Shown here: in pieces, positions 48,700 to 58,218 of the stretch
Position numbering within the stretch: position 1 is the first letter of the stretch
Layout: each line of letters opens with the position of its first letter
NCBI GenBank assembly: GCA_028289445.1
Contig: JANQPO010000014.1
Location: 18,620 to 82,619, forward strand
Reading direction: 5' to 3'
DNA length: 64,000 nt
DNA from: Tepidamorphaceae bacterium
GTDB lineage: Bacteria; Pseudomonadota; Alphaproteobacteria; Rhizobiales; JAKSCL01
The notes under the pieces: generated by a model
Told to the model about the DNA's origin: nothing
Database searches by the model: none
The model's input: only the letters and a program-made list of their open reading frames with translations
Position numbers and translations under genes: made by a program

Positions 48700-49479
48700 G
48701 TGACGGATACGAATCCTCACGCCGCCTTTGTCACCGGCGCCAGTCGCGGTATCGGTCTCGGTGTCGCCTTGGCCCTTGCCGACAAGGGGTTTGCCGTCGC
48801 GCTGAATGCGCGCGAAGGGAGCGAAGAACTCAAGGAGGCATGCCGCGCCGTTGAAGAGCGCGGGGTCAAGGCTGTCGCGGTTGCTGGCCATGTCGATGAT
48901 ATCGGCAATCACACGGCCATGCTGGACCGTGCGGAGGCGAAAATCGGTCCGCTGTCGACGCTGGTTAACAATGCCGGCGTCTCGGTGCTGAGCCGTGGCG
49001 ATCTTCTCGATGCGTCGGAGGACAGCTACGACCGCTGCATGGCGGTGAACGCCAAGGCCCTGTTCTTTCTCTCGCAGGCTTTCGCCAAACGGCTTGTTTC
49101 GCGCGACCGCGACGACGGTCGAGCCTACAGCATCGTCAATGTGACGTCCGCGAACGCGGCGGCTGCCGCCATAAATCGCGGCGAATACTGTGCGTCCAAA
49201 GCGGCGGCCGCGATGATCTCGAAAGTCTTCGCGGCACGGCTCGGCGGGGAGGGGATCGCTGTCTACGATGTGCAACCGGGCCTGATTGAAACAGCGATGA
49301 CGGCGGGCGTCAGCGACGATTATCGCCGTCGCGCCGAAGCCGGACTGACGCTTATCCCGCGCCTGGGCCAACCGGACGATATCGGTCAGGTCGTCGCCAC
49401 GCTTGCCGCCGGCGGGCTTCCCTACACGACCGGGCAGGTCGTTTCCGCCGATGGCGGGATGCTCCTCTCGCGCTTTTAG
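48700..49479 (+). CDS. SDR oxidoreductase (3-ketoacyl-ACP reductase-like)
   Basis: TGASRGIG, NNAG and YCASK motifs. GTG start after AAGGGAG. Confidence 0.85.
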   Translation: MTDTNPHAAFVTGASRGIGLGVALALADKGFAVALNAREGSEELKEACRAVEERGVKAVAVAGHVDDIGNHTAMLDRAEAKIGPLSTLVNNAGVSVLSRGDLLDASEDSYDRCMAVNAKALFFLSQAFAKRLVSRDRDDGRAYSIVNVTSANAAAAAINRGEYCASKAAAAMISKVFAARLGGEGIAVYDVQPGLIETAMTAGVSDDYRRRAEAGLTLIPRLGQPDDIGQVVATLAAGGLPYTTGQVVSADGGMLLSRF

Positions 49480-49489
49480 GTCGCCGCCG

Positions 49490-50638
49490 ATGCACATCCG
49501 CCTACCCGACGAAACTGGCGCTTTTAGCGACTACGCCCTCATCGGAACGCCGATTAACGCCGCACCGCTTAGTGCAGATCCCGTTCGCACCGTGTTTTCC
49601 GCCGCGCATGTCGTCGCCGACCCGTTCACCGGCAACGATCCCTCCGGTCCGGCGACTGTCGATTGGGAGGCGACGATGGCGTTTCGGCGTCATTTGGCAG
49701 GTCTCGGTCTGGGTATCGCCGAAGCGATGGACACGGCACAGCGCGGCATGGGACTGGACTGGCCAGGCGCGCTGAAGTTGATCCGCCGCACCAGGGCTGA
49801 GCTACCGGACGCCCTGGTCTTCAACGGCGCCGGGACGGATCACCTCGATCCGGCAGACGCGCAGTCGCTGGATGATGTGCGCCGTGCCTATGATGAGCAG
49901 CTTTCGGCGATCCAGAGCATCGGCGGTCGCATCATCCTAATGGCCAGCCGCGCCTTGGCGCGGGTTGCGTCCGGACCGGACGACTATATCTCCGTCTACC
50001 GTGATGTTCTGGCGAACGCTGATGAACCCGTCGTTCTGCATTGGCTGGGTGATATGTTCGATCCGGCGCTTGCGGGATATTGGGGCGCGGACGATTTCGA
50101 ATCGACTCTAGAGACTTGCCTCCAAGTCATTGAGGAAAATGCAGAAAAAGTTGATGGCATCAAGATCTCGTTGCTCGATAAGGACAAAGAGATCGTCATG
50201 CGTCGACGCCTGCCGAACGGCGTGAAGATGTATACGGGAGACGACTTCAACTATCCCGAACTGATTGCCGGCGACGATCAACGCTATTCTCACGCATTGC
50301 TCGGCATTTTCGATCCGCTGGCGCCGGCCGCCGCCCATGCCATCGCGCAGTTGGGTGCAGGCGACGTGACCGGTTTCCGCGCGACTCTCGATCCGACGGT
50401 GCCACTGGCGCGTCTGATCTTCCGCGCTCCGACGCAATACTATAAGACCGGTGTCGTTTTCCTCGCGTGGTTGAACGGCTTCCAGGATCACTTTGTCATG
50501 CTGGGTGGAGCACAGGCGATGCGGCCACTCCCATATTTCGTCGAAACGTTCAAATTGGCTGACGCGTGCGGGCTGCTGCGCGATCCGGATCTGGCCGTCG
50601 AACGGATGAAAAAGCTACTCGCGATCTACGGCGTTTGA
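49490..50638 (+). CDS. DUF993 / dihydrodipicolinate synthase-like protein
   Basis: AAHVVADP, AEAMDTAQRGMGLDW, HWLGDMFDP, GIKISLLD and YTGDDFNY motifs. Confidence 0.8.
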   Translation: MHIRLPDETGAFSDYALIGTPINAAPLSADPVRTVFSAAHVVADPFTGNDPSGPATVDWEATMAFRRHLAGLGLGIAEAMDTAQRGMGLDWPGALKLIRRTRAELPDALVFNGAGTDHLDPADAQSLDDVRRAYDEQLSAIQSIGGRIILMASRALARVASGPDDYISVYRDVLANADEPVVLHWLGDMFDPALAGYWGADDFESTLETCLQVIEENAEKVDGIKISLLDKDKEIVMRRRLPNGVKMYTGDDFNYPELIAGDDQRYSHALLGIFDPLAPAAAHAIAQLGAGDVTGFRATLDPTVPLARLIFRAPTQYYKTGVVFLAWLNGFQDHFVMLGGAQAMRPLPYFVETFKLADACGLLRDPDLAVERMKKLLAIYGV

Positions 50639-50642
50639 GCCG

Positions 50643-51503
50643 ATGCGCGACTTCTCAAACGATCATTCCGCCCTGGCGCTCAATACGGCGACGCTGGGTC
50701 ACAACGTCGATGGCCATGGCGCGGGCTGGTCGCCTGAGCGAGTGATCGATGCCTGCGCGGCGCGTGGGTTTGGCGCCATCACCTATTGGCGGCGGGAGAT
50801 CGGCGATCGCGCGGTTGACATCGGCGAGCGAACGCGCGCGGCCGGCCTGTCCGTGTCGGGGTTATGTCGGACGCCGTTCCTTGTGGGACCATTGGCCCCG
50901 CCAACGCGTGCGGCGGTGATCGACGATTTCAAGGCTTCGATCGACATGACGGCGGACCTGGAAGCGACCTGCCTCACGATCGTCGTCGGCGGCGTGATCG
51001 AAGGGTCTCACAGCCTGACGGAAAGTTTGAAAGCGGTCGCCGATATCGTGGCGGAGATGGCATCGCGCGCTCAGCAGGGCAATGTCAAATTGGCGCTCGA
51101 ACCCTTGAATCCCGTCTATGGTGGCAATCGCTCCTGTTTGGTTACCGTGCGAGACGCGGTCGATCTGTGCGACGCCATCGACAACCCCGCTGTCACCATC
51201 GCCGTCGATGTTTATCACGTGTGGTGGGACCTCTCGCTGGCGACGGAACTGAAGCGCGCCGGCAGTGCGCGGATCGCCGGATATCACCTGTGCGATTGGC
51301 TTGCCGACACGACCGATGTGTTGCTCGATCGCGGCATGATGGGCGACGGTGTCGCCGATTTGAAGGCGATCCGTGAAGCTGTTGAAGGAGCAGGCTATTC
51401 CGGGTTCTGCGAGGTCGAGATTTTTTCGGCGAACGATTGGTGGAAACGCGATCCGGGCGAAGTTCTGGATACCTGCGTGGAGCGCTTCCGCACCGTTTGC
51501 TAG
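50643..51503 (+). CDS. sugar phosphate isomerase/epimerase (xylose-isomerase-like TIM barrel)
   Basis: LEPLNP, DVYHVWWD, HLCDW, DRGMMGDG and EVEIFS motifs. Confidence 0.8.
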   Translation: MRDFSNDHSALALNTATLGHNVDGHGAGWSPERVIDACAARGFGAITYWRREIGDRAVDIGERTRAAGLSVSGLCRTPFLVGPLAPPTRAAVIDDFKASIDMTADLEATCLTIVVGGVIEGSHSLTESLKAVADIVAEMASRAQQGNVKLALEPLNPVYGGNRSCLVTVRDAVDLCDAIDNPAVTIAVDVYHVWWDLSLATELKRAGSARIAGYHLCDWLADTTDVLLDRGMMGDGVADLKAIREAVEGAGYSGFCEVEIFSANDWWKRDPGEVLDTCVERFRTVC

Positions 51504-51628
51504 AGCACTCTCGGTAAAGCCCGAGTCATTGAAAGTGCTCTATCTCTTTGATCTAGAGCATGTTCTTGTCCGAAAACCGCTCCCATCCCCGCCTTCGCGG
51601 GGACAGGCTTTTTGGGGAACATGTTCTA
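51501..51628. repeat. bipartite palindromic intergenic element (RIME/CIR/BRU-RS-like) with nested REP-like hairpin
   Basis: Arms TAGAGCACT..AGTGCTCTA and TAGAGCATGTTC..GAACATGTTCTA, with inner TCCCCGC-CTTC-GCGGGGA. Confidence 0.7.
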
Positions 51629-52657
51629 ATTCATCGTCACGGCCATAGACCGCATCCGGCTGACGGTCTCGCGTTCTGCCCGCTTGCAGGAACGCGGCGG
51701 CAGGCTCTGATCCATCAGTGCCATGTCCTCCAGCACCATCTCTCCCATCCGCGTGAAGACACTATCGAGCGCGCCGGCCCGATGCGCTGAGAGGATCGCG
51801 TGCGGCAGCGTGCGGACCGGATGATCGGCCGGCAGAGGCTCTTTTGGGAAGACATCGGTCGCAATCCGGATGTGACCGGACCGTGCCGCGGCCATCATGG
51901 CGTCGAAATCGACGACGCCCGCACGGCTTAAGAGAATAAAGGACGCACCCGGGCGCATGCGGGCGAACTCTCTCGCGCCAAGAAATCCCTTATTCGTATC
52001 GGTCACGGACGCGACCACGAAGATGACGTCGCTTTCCGACAGCACAGTGTCCAAGTCTGCCGGCTCGGCTCCGGCGGCGGCGATGTGGGAGGCGGGAAGC
52101 CAGGGGTCGTGGATGCGGGCAGGCGCATTGAACGGGCGGATCAGGCGCATGAGCGCGTGGCCTAAATCACCGAAGCCGATGAAGCCGATCTCGCACTCCG
52201 ACAAAAGCCTGCAGTCCAGGTTGCCGTCCAGTCCATAGATCTCTGTTCCCTCGCGAAACGACCGGTCGGCGGCCGGAATGTCGCGCAGGAGGCTCAGCGC
52301 GAAACCGAGACCGATTTCAGCGACCGGCTGAGCGAAGACGCTGCTTGTGGTGAGCACGTGAATGCCGCGCTCGAAGCAGCGGTCGTAGTCGACATTCGGC
52401 ACGAAGTTGCCTTCAACATTGAAGATGGCGCGTAATCCACTGGCCTGGGCGATCCGATCTGCCCCGAAATCGGGCTGGCCGATAATGTAGCGCGCATGCG
52501 GCAGGACTTCCCGATAGATCGCGTCGGCGTTGTGCGCTTCGACCTCGACAACATCGTAGGTTGTCTTGAGACGATCCAAATCGCTGGGCGTGAAGATCAG
52601 GTCGAGTGTCCGAGGCGTGGGATCGCTGATCACCGTCGGTTTCGTGTCGCTCGCCAT
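51626..52657 (-). CDS. D-isomer-specific 2-hydroxyacid dehydrogenase
   Basis: GFGDLG, HDPW, SRAG, DVFPKEP and HRAG motifs. Confidence 0.85.
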   Translation of the reverse strand: MASDTKPTVISDPTPRTLDLIFTPSDLDRLKTTYDVVEVEAHNADAIYREVLPHARYIIGQPDFGADRIAQASGLRAIFNVEGNFVPNVDYDRCFERGIHVLTTSSVFAQPVAEIGLGFALSLLRDIPAADRSFREGTEIYGLDGNLDCRLLSECEIGFIGFGDLGHALMRLIRPFNAPARIHDPWLPASHIAAAGAEPADLDTVLSESDVIFVVASVTDTNKGFLGAREFARMRPGASFILLSRAGVVDFDAMMAAARSGHIRIATDVFPKEPLPADHPVRTLPHAILSAHRAGALDSVFTRMGEMVLEDMALMDQSLPPRSCKRAERETVSRMRSMAVTMN

Positions 52658-52701
52658 TCCGTTTCCTCCCTTGTGCGATTTTAGCCGGTGTGGTTAGCTG
52701 C

Positions 52702-52715
52702 GTAAAACGATTTAC
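52702..52715. promoter_or_regulatory. LacI operator GTAAAACGATTTAC
   Basis: Near-palindrome in the 76-bp divergent gap upstream of LacI. Confidence 0.6.
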
Positions 52716-52733
52716 AAAACTGTTTCCGGGGAG

Positions 52734-53786
52734 ATGCTTAAAAAGCGGCCGACCATTCGCGACGTGGCTCTGGAGGCCGGTGTCTCGGCCGCCACGGTAT
52801 CGAATGTGCTCAATCGGCGCCGCAACGTCGACGCTGCGATCGCCAAACGCGTACACGCGGCAGTCGATTCCCTTGGCTACCGGGTCGATGCGGTGGCGGC
52901 CAACTTGCGCCGCACAAGGGCACGTCTTGTTGGCCTTGTCGTGCCGGATTTTCAGAATCCCTTTTTTGGCGAACTCATCGGGCACATGGAACGCTTGGCG
53001 GAAGCGGACGGCTATCGCCTGGCTGTCATGTCCAGCCACGAAGACAGCGCCGTCGAAACGGCGCGGATCGAGGCGCTGACAGACTGGCGTGCAGCGGGTC
53101 TGATCCTTGTTCCGGTCCTGGGTGAGTTCGCGTCGCGAGGTGCCATAGAGGAGGCCGGTTTCCCGACCGTATTTCTCGATCGTATTGACCCAGGCATTAC
53201 TTGCGATTCCGTCCTCGTGAACAATGCCGCGATCGCCGGCATGGCACTTGAGCACTTGGCCAAAGCTGGGCATCGACACGTCCTCATTGCCGCCTCTGAT
53301 CGCAACGTGCCCAATATGGCGGAACGGGTTGGTGGGGCATTGGACGCCGCTGAAGTTCACGCGATCGCTGATGCAGTTGAGGTCTTGGACTGTGGTGCAA
53401 CAAGCGATGCCATCGGGGAGGCCATCGCGGCTCGCCTGGCAATGACACCGCGCCCGACGGCGGTGCTGACTCTCTTCAATATAGCGACGCTGGAGACGCT
53501 GCGGGCCGTCCATCGCCTCGGCCTGACTATTCCGAACGATATGTCTGTGGTGGGGTTCGACGATTACGCCTGGATGGAGGTGACCAACCCTCCGCTGACG
53601 GCGGTATCGCAACCTATTGAAGAAATGGCACGGGTGGCGTGGGCGCGCCTCGCGACCCGGCTGGATGGCACAGATGTGCCGCCCGAGACCTTGCGCGTGC
53701 CATGCGTGCTGATCGAGCGCCAATCGGTGGCGCCGCCGACCTTAAACACTGTCGAGATGTCGAGCGCGGGGACGCTCGAAACATGA
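52734..53786 (+). CDS. LacI-family regulator
   Basis: TIRDVALEAGVSAATVSNVLN, NPFF and GFDD motifs. Confidence 0.9.
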   Translation: MLKKRPTIRDVALEAGVSAATVSNVLNRRRNVDAAIAKRVHAAVDSLGYRVDAVAANLRRTRARLVGLVVPDFQNPFFGELIGHMERLAEADGYRLAVMSSHEDSAVETARIEALTDWRAAGLILVPVLGEFASRGAIEEAGFPTVFLDRIDPGITCDSVLVNNAAIAGMALEHLAKAGHRHVLIAASDRNVPNMAERVGGALDAAEVHAIADAVEVLDCGATSDAIGEAIAARLAMTPRPTAVLTLFNIATLETLRAVHRLGLTIPNDMSVVGFDDYAWMEVTNPPLTAVSQPIEEMARVAWARLATRLDGTDVPPETLRVPCVLIERQSVAPPTLNTVEMSSAGTLET

Positions 53787-53845
53787 TCGCTGCACCCGGA
53801 TGTCAGGGTCAGGCGATCAAATGTTCAAGAAGGGAGGATAGTGGA

Positions 53846-54811
53846 ATGAAACTGAAACTCACGGCCGCCATCGTCGCGGCGTTTGCACTCACGTCGGCCG
53901 CTCAGGCGCAAGACCGCACCTATGGTGTGTTGATGAAGACGCTTGCCAATCCGTTCTGGGGCGCCATGGAACTCGGTGTGCGCGACGGCGCATCCAATGC
54001 CGGCGTTGAGTATTATCTCCAGGCGGTTGAGAGCGACCAAGCGGCTGAGCCACAGCTCAACGTCTGCAACACCATGCTGGAACGCACGCCGACGGTCATG
54101 ATCACTGCGGCGATCAACTCGACCATTTTGCTGCCGTGCTTGAAACGCGCCAACGAGCAAGGCATTCCGGTCGTCGATCTCGATGCCAATCTCGATCACG
54201 ACATCGCCGCCGAAGCGGGTGTCGAGATCACCTTCACGATCGGGTCTGACAACGAGGCGGCGGGTGCGCAGGGCGCCGACTATGTCGTCTCGCAGCTTGG
54301 CGCCGATGCGACGGGTCCGGTTCTTGTGATCGAAGGCCTGTCCGGCAATATCACCGGCCAAAAGCGTGCGCGCGGATTCGCGAATCGTTTGAAGGAATTG
54401 GCGCCGGGGCTTGAAGTGGTTGCCTCGCTTCCAGGCGACTGGGATCGCGGCAAGGCGGCTAACATCACCAACGATATCTTGACCCGCCATCCGGACCTGA
54501 AGGCTATTTTCGCCGCCAATGACGGCATGGCACTCGGCGCAGTGGAAGCCGCTTACGCTGCCGGCAAGGGCGACGCCATCATCATGGTTGGCGTCGACGG
54601 CAATGTCGACGCTGTGAAGTCCATCAAAGCGGGTCGTTTGGACGCCTCGGTCGCTCAGCTACCTTATCTGGTCGGCAAGCAGGCCGTTGAGGAGGTGACG
54701 AAAGTGCTGGACGGCGCGACGGCCGAGAAGTTCATCTTTGTGCCGACCCTGGTTCTGACCAAAGAGGTGCTGGACGCGGGCAGCGAACCGATGCTCGAAT
54801 ACGTCAAGTAA
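53846..54811 (+). CDS. monosaccharide ABC binding protein (RbsB/AlsB-like)
   Basis: Signal peptide, KTLANPFW, GSDN, ANDGMALG and GVDG motifs. Confidence 0.85.
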   Translation: MKLKLTAAIVAAFALTSAAQAQDRTYGVLMKTLANPFWGAMELGVRDGASNAGVEYYLQAVESDQAAEPQLNVCNTMLERTPTVMITAAINSTILLPCLKRANEQGIPVVDLDANLDHDIAAEAGVEITFTIGSDNEAAGAQGADYVVSQLGADATGPVLVIEGLSGNITGQKRARGFANRLKELAPGLEVVASLPGDWDRGKAANITNDILTRHPDLKAIFAANDGMALGAVEAAYAAGKGDAIIMVGVDGNVDAVKSIKAGRLDASVAQLPYLVGKQAVEEVTKVLDGATAEKFIFVPTLVLTKEVLDAGSEPMLEYVK

Positions 54812-54870
54812 GTAGCGTGGGCGGTGGCCGCCGGTCGCCGCCCCGACCACAATAAGGGCAAGGGGTCTCA

Positions 54871-55860
54871 GTGTCGGAAAACGCCTCTGCCGCGCGCCGG
54901 TCCCGATCGTGGACGCTTGGCGCGCGCTCGACCTACGTACGCATCGAGTCGCTTTTCGTGCTGTTTGGCCTGTCCGCCATCATGGCGGTACTGTCCCCGT
55001 ACTTTCTTCAAACCAGCAATCTCCTCAATATCTTGTTGGCGTCAGCGACCATCGGCGTTCTGGCGATCGGCGCCACTTATGTGATCTCTTCTGCCGGTCT
55101 CGATCTGTCGCTGGGCTCGGTGCTCGGGTTGTCATCGGTGGTTGGAGCCGTGACAGCCGAACGTCTGGGCATGCCCTGGCCGCTGGCGGTCGCCGCGTGT
55201 CTGGCGGCAGGAGCGGCGGCCGGCTGGGTGAATGGCCAACTTGTCACCCGCGCGGGCATACCGGCCTTCATTGTCACCCTCGGCATGTTGGGGATCGCGC
55301 GCGGCCTGGCTTTGGTGATCTCCGACGGGCGGGCGATCTACGGTCTGCCCGAAGGCCTTGTCTATTTGGGACAGGGGCGGCCGTTCGGCGTGCCGATGCC
55401 GGTGTTCATCTTCATCGGTGTGGCGATCCTCACCCACTATATCCTCTCGCACACTCGCTTCGGCGCCCATACGCTGGCAATCGGCGACAATGAAGCGGCG
55501 GCCAGGGCGACCGGCATCAGGGTCGGGCGGCATCGGCGGCGGCTCTATACGTTTTCCGGCTTGATGGCGGGGATTGCCGGGCTGATCTTCATGGCGCGGG
55601 TCAACGCCGGCGATCCGACAGCCGGTCTCAACTACGAGCTGACCGCGATCACCGCTGCGATCATCGGCGGCACCAATCTGTTCGGCGGTCGCGGGTCGAT
55701 CTTGGGCACGATGATCGGCGCGCTCATCATGGGTGTTCTGCAAAACGGCCTCAATCTTCTAGCCGTCCAGTCCTACTACCAGCAGATGGCGATTGGCGCC
55801 GTCTTGATCTTGGCCGTCTTTCTCGACCAGTGGCAGGCACGAAGGGCGCAGGCGCGATGA
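54871..55860 (+). CDS. monosaccharide ABC permease (RbsC-like)
   Basis: DLSLG, IPAFIVTLG and YELTAITAAIIGG motifs. Confidence 0.9.
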   Translation: MSENASAARRSRSWTLGARSTYVRIESLFVLFGLSAIMAVLSPYFLQTSNLLNILLASATIGVLAIGATYVISSAGLDLSLGSVLGLSSVVGAVTAERLGMPWPLAVAACLAAGAAAGWVNGQLVTRAGIPAFIVTLGMLGIARGLALVISDGRAIYGLPEGLVYLGQGRPFGVPMPVFIFIGVAILTHYILSHTRFGAHTLAIGDNEAAARATGIRVGRHRRRLYTFSGLMAGIAGLIFMARVNAGDPTAGLNYELTAITAAIIGGTNLFGGRGSILGTMIGALIMGVLQNGLNLLAVQSYYQQMAIGAVLILAVFLDQWQARRAQAR

Positions 55861-56597
55861 CCCTGCTTGAGATCGAAGGCGTCTCGAAGTCCTTCGGGTC
55901 CGTGGATGTTTTGCGCGGCATCGATCTGACGATCGAGGCCGGCTCCGTCACCGGTCTCGTCGGGGATAATGGCGCCGGCAAGTCGACCTTGATGAAGACG
56001 ATCACCGGCATCTATTCCGTCGACGACGGCACGGTAACGTTCAACGGCGAGCCGATCACCGATCTGCCGCCCGGCGAGCGGCGGTCGCGCGGTATCGAGA
56101 TGATTTACCAGGACCTGGCGCTCGCCAAGCAGCAGGATGTCGCCAACAACATCTTTCTCGGTCGCGAGCCAGTGAAGCGCTTGTGGGGGCTGATCCCCGG
56201 CTATGTCGACAAGGCGCGGATCGATACCGAAGCGCAACAGATGATCGACCGGCTTGGCGCCAAGATCCCGTCAATCAACCGACCGGTGGGCTATCTCTCG
56301 GGTGGCCAGCAGCAATCCGTGGCAATCGCCAGGGCGCTGACGTTTGAGCCGAAACTGGTGATTATGGACGAGCCGACGGCAGCGCTTGCCGTGCGCGAGG
56401 TCGAACATGTTCTGGATCTCATTCGGCAGCTTCAAAAGGACGGGATCGCCGTCATCCTCATTAGCCATCGTCTGAACGACATATTCGAGGTTTGCGATCG
56501 CATCGTGGTGCTGCGGCAGGGGCGCCTGATTGCCGATGACCCGCGCGGCGAGACGTCGATGAACGACGTTGTATCCCACATCGTCGGCGCGGCGTAG
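55857..56597 (+). CDS. single-domain sugar ABC ATPase (FrcA-like)
   Basis: GDNGAGKST, YQDLAL, LSGGQ and DEPTAAL motifs. Confidence 0.9.
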   Translation: MTLLEIEGVSKSFGSVDVLRGIDLTIEAGSVTGLVGDNGAGKSTLMKTITGIYSVDDGTVTFNGEPITDLPPGERRSRGIEMIYQDLALAKQQDVANNIFLGREPVKRLWGLIPGYVDKARIDTEAQQMIDRLGAKIPSINRPVGYLSGGQQQSVAIARALTFEPKLVIMDEPTAALAVREVEHVLDLIRQLQKDGIAVILISHRLNDIFEVCDRIVVLRQGRLIADDPRGETSMNDVVSHIVGAA

Positions 56598-56616
56598 GGT
56601 TGGGGCGGGGAGGCTG

Positions 56617-57468
56617 ATGGCGCAGTTCGGTATTCACACCTTCGCGTTTGCTCAGGAATGGCAACCGGAGACGGTTCGGGCGGCGCTGCCAAGGCTGAAG
56701 GAGTTTGGCGTCGGCCTTGTCGAGATTCCGCTGCTGAGGCCGCAAGAAATCGACATTGCCGCCGCGCTCGCGGTTGCCAAGGAGTTCGAAATCGCGTTGA
56801 CCTGCTCGCTGGGTCTTCCGAAGCATTTCGATATCGTCGAGAACCCCGACGAGGTGATTGCTTTCCTGGAGATCGCGCTCGATGTGACGGCGGCGCTCGG
56901 TGCCGAATGCCTATCCGGCGTGACTTACGGCACGATCGGCAAGGTCTCGGGCCAGCCGCCGACGGCACGCGAGCTAGACGCCGTCGTCACCATCATCGCC
57001 AGGGGCGGCGATGCGGCAAAGGCGAGGGGGCTAAGGCTGGGCGTGGAGCCCTGCAACCGCTACGAGACTCATTTGATGAACACGGCCGCCGACGCGGTTG
57101 GTCTGATCGAACGGTCCGGTGCCGACAACGTCGTCGTCCATCTTGACACCTATCACATGAATATCGAGGAGGCCGGCATGGCGGAAGGTTTCAGGGCCGC
57201 CGGCCGGTATCTCGGCTATGTCCACCTCTCGGAGAGCAATCGCGGTGTTCCAGGCAGCGGTACGATTGATTGGGACGGTGCCTTCGCCGGGCTGGCGGGG
57301 ATTGGCTTTGACGGTCCCGTGGTGCTTGAAAGTTTCAATCATATGCACCCGGACATCGCGTCCGGTCTTGCCGTTTGGAAGCCCGTCGCCCAGCGCCCCG
57401 AAGACGTGACCAACATCGGTCTTCCCTTCTTGCAACAATCGGCAGCGCGCCAGGGCTACGTGTTGTAA
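56617..57468 (+). CDS. ketose 3-epimerase (D-psicose/D-tagatose/L-ribulose 3-epimerase family)
   Basis: EPCNRYE, DTYHMNIEE, HLSESNRG and LESF metal/catalytic motifs. Confidence 0.8.
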   Translation: MAQFGIHTFAFAQEWQPETVRAALPRLKEFGVGLVEIPLLRPQEIDIAAALAVAKEFEIALTCSLGLPKHFDIVENPDEVIAFLEIALDVTAALGAECLSGVTYGTIGKVSGQPPTARELDAVVTIIARGGDAAKARGLRLGVEPCNRYETHLMNTAADAVGLIERSGADNVVVHLDTYHMNIEEAGMAEGFRAAGRYLGYVHLSESNRGVPGSGTIDWDGAFAGLAGIGFDGPVVLESFNHMHPDIASGLAVWKPVAQRPEDVTNIGLPFLQQSAARQGYVL

Positions 57469-57478
57469 AACCGGTTCC

Positions 57479-58159
57479 ATGAAAACGCTGACGTCATTGG
57501 ATGCGCTTGTTGATGCGCTGAGCGTCGCGCCGCCGGCAAGGGGGCGCACCATAGTCGCAGTGGCCGGTCCACCCGGCGCCGGTAAGTCAACGCTGGCGGA
57601 CGCCCTTGTCGAGGCGATGTCGGCGCGTTTGCAGGAAGGGCAGGCAGCCCTCTTGCCGATGGATGGCTATCATTTCGACAACGCGGTGATCGAGCCGCGC
57701 GGTCTCCTGCCGCGAAAGGGCACGCCGGAGACGTTTGATTTCGAGGGATATCGGGCGATGTTGACGCGCCTGCGCAACGAGCCGGATACGGAGATCGCTG
57801 TTCCGATCTTTGACCGCTCCCTTGATCTTGCGCGGGCCGGCGCGCGGATCATCGGGGCAGACGATCGCATCGTGGTCACCGAAGGAAACTATCTTTTGCT
57901 GGACGAGGCGCCATGGCCCACGCTGGTGCCGCTATTCGACATCACGATCTTCCTAACCGCGCCAGAAGCGCTTTTGCGCGACCGGCTTATCGATCGCTGG
58001 CTGGCTCACAAGCTGGCTCGCGAGGCCGCTGAACGGCGTGCGGAGGAAAACGACATGCCGAACGCACGCCTCGTGCTCCATCACAGCCGATCTCCCGACA
58101 TCCTTTTTTCGCCGTTCACGGGCGGTGGTGCGCCAAGCCAAGACCGCACGCAATCGTGA
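57479..58159 (+). CDS. P-loop kinase (FrcK/YggC-like putative fructose kinase)
   Basis: GPPGAGKST, MDGYH and EGNYLLL motifs. Confidence 0.78.
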   Translation: MKTLTSLDALVDALSVAPPARGRTIVAVAGPPGAGKSTLADALVEAMSARLQEGQAALLPMDGYHFDNAVIEPRGLLPRKGTPETFDFEGYRAMLTRLRNEPDTEIAVPIFDRSLDLARAGARIIGADDRIVVTEGNYLLLDEAPWPTLVPLFDITIFLTAPEALLRDRLIDRWLAHKLAREAAERRAEENDMPNARLVLHHSRSPDILFSPFTGGGAPSQDRTQS

Positions 58160-58218
58160 TCCTGACATTTGCCGTTTCGATCTAACGTCTTTGGCGAGGA
58201 TTCGAGCGGGATTTGAAC

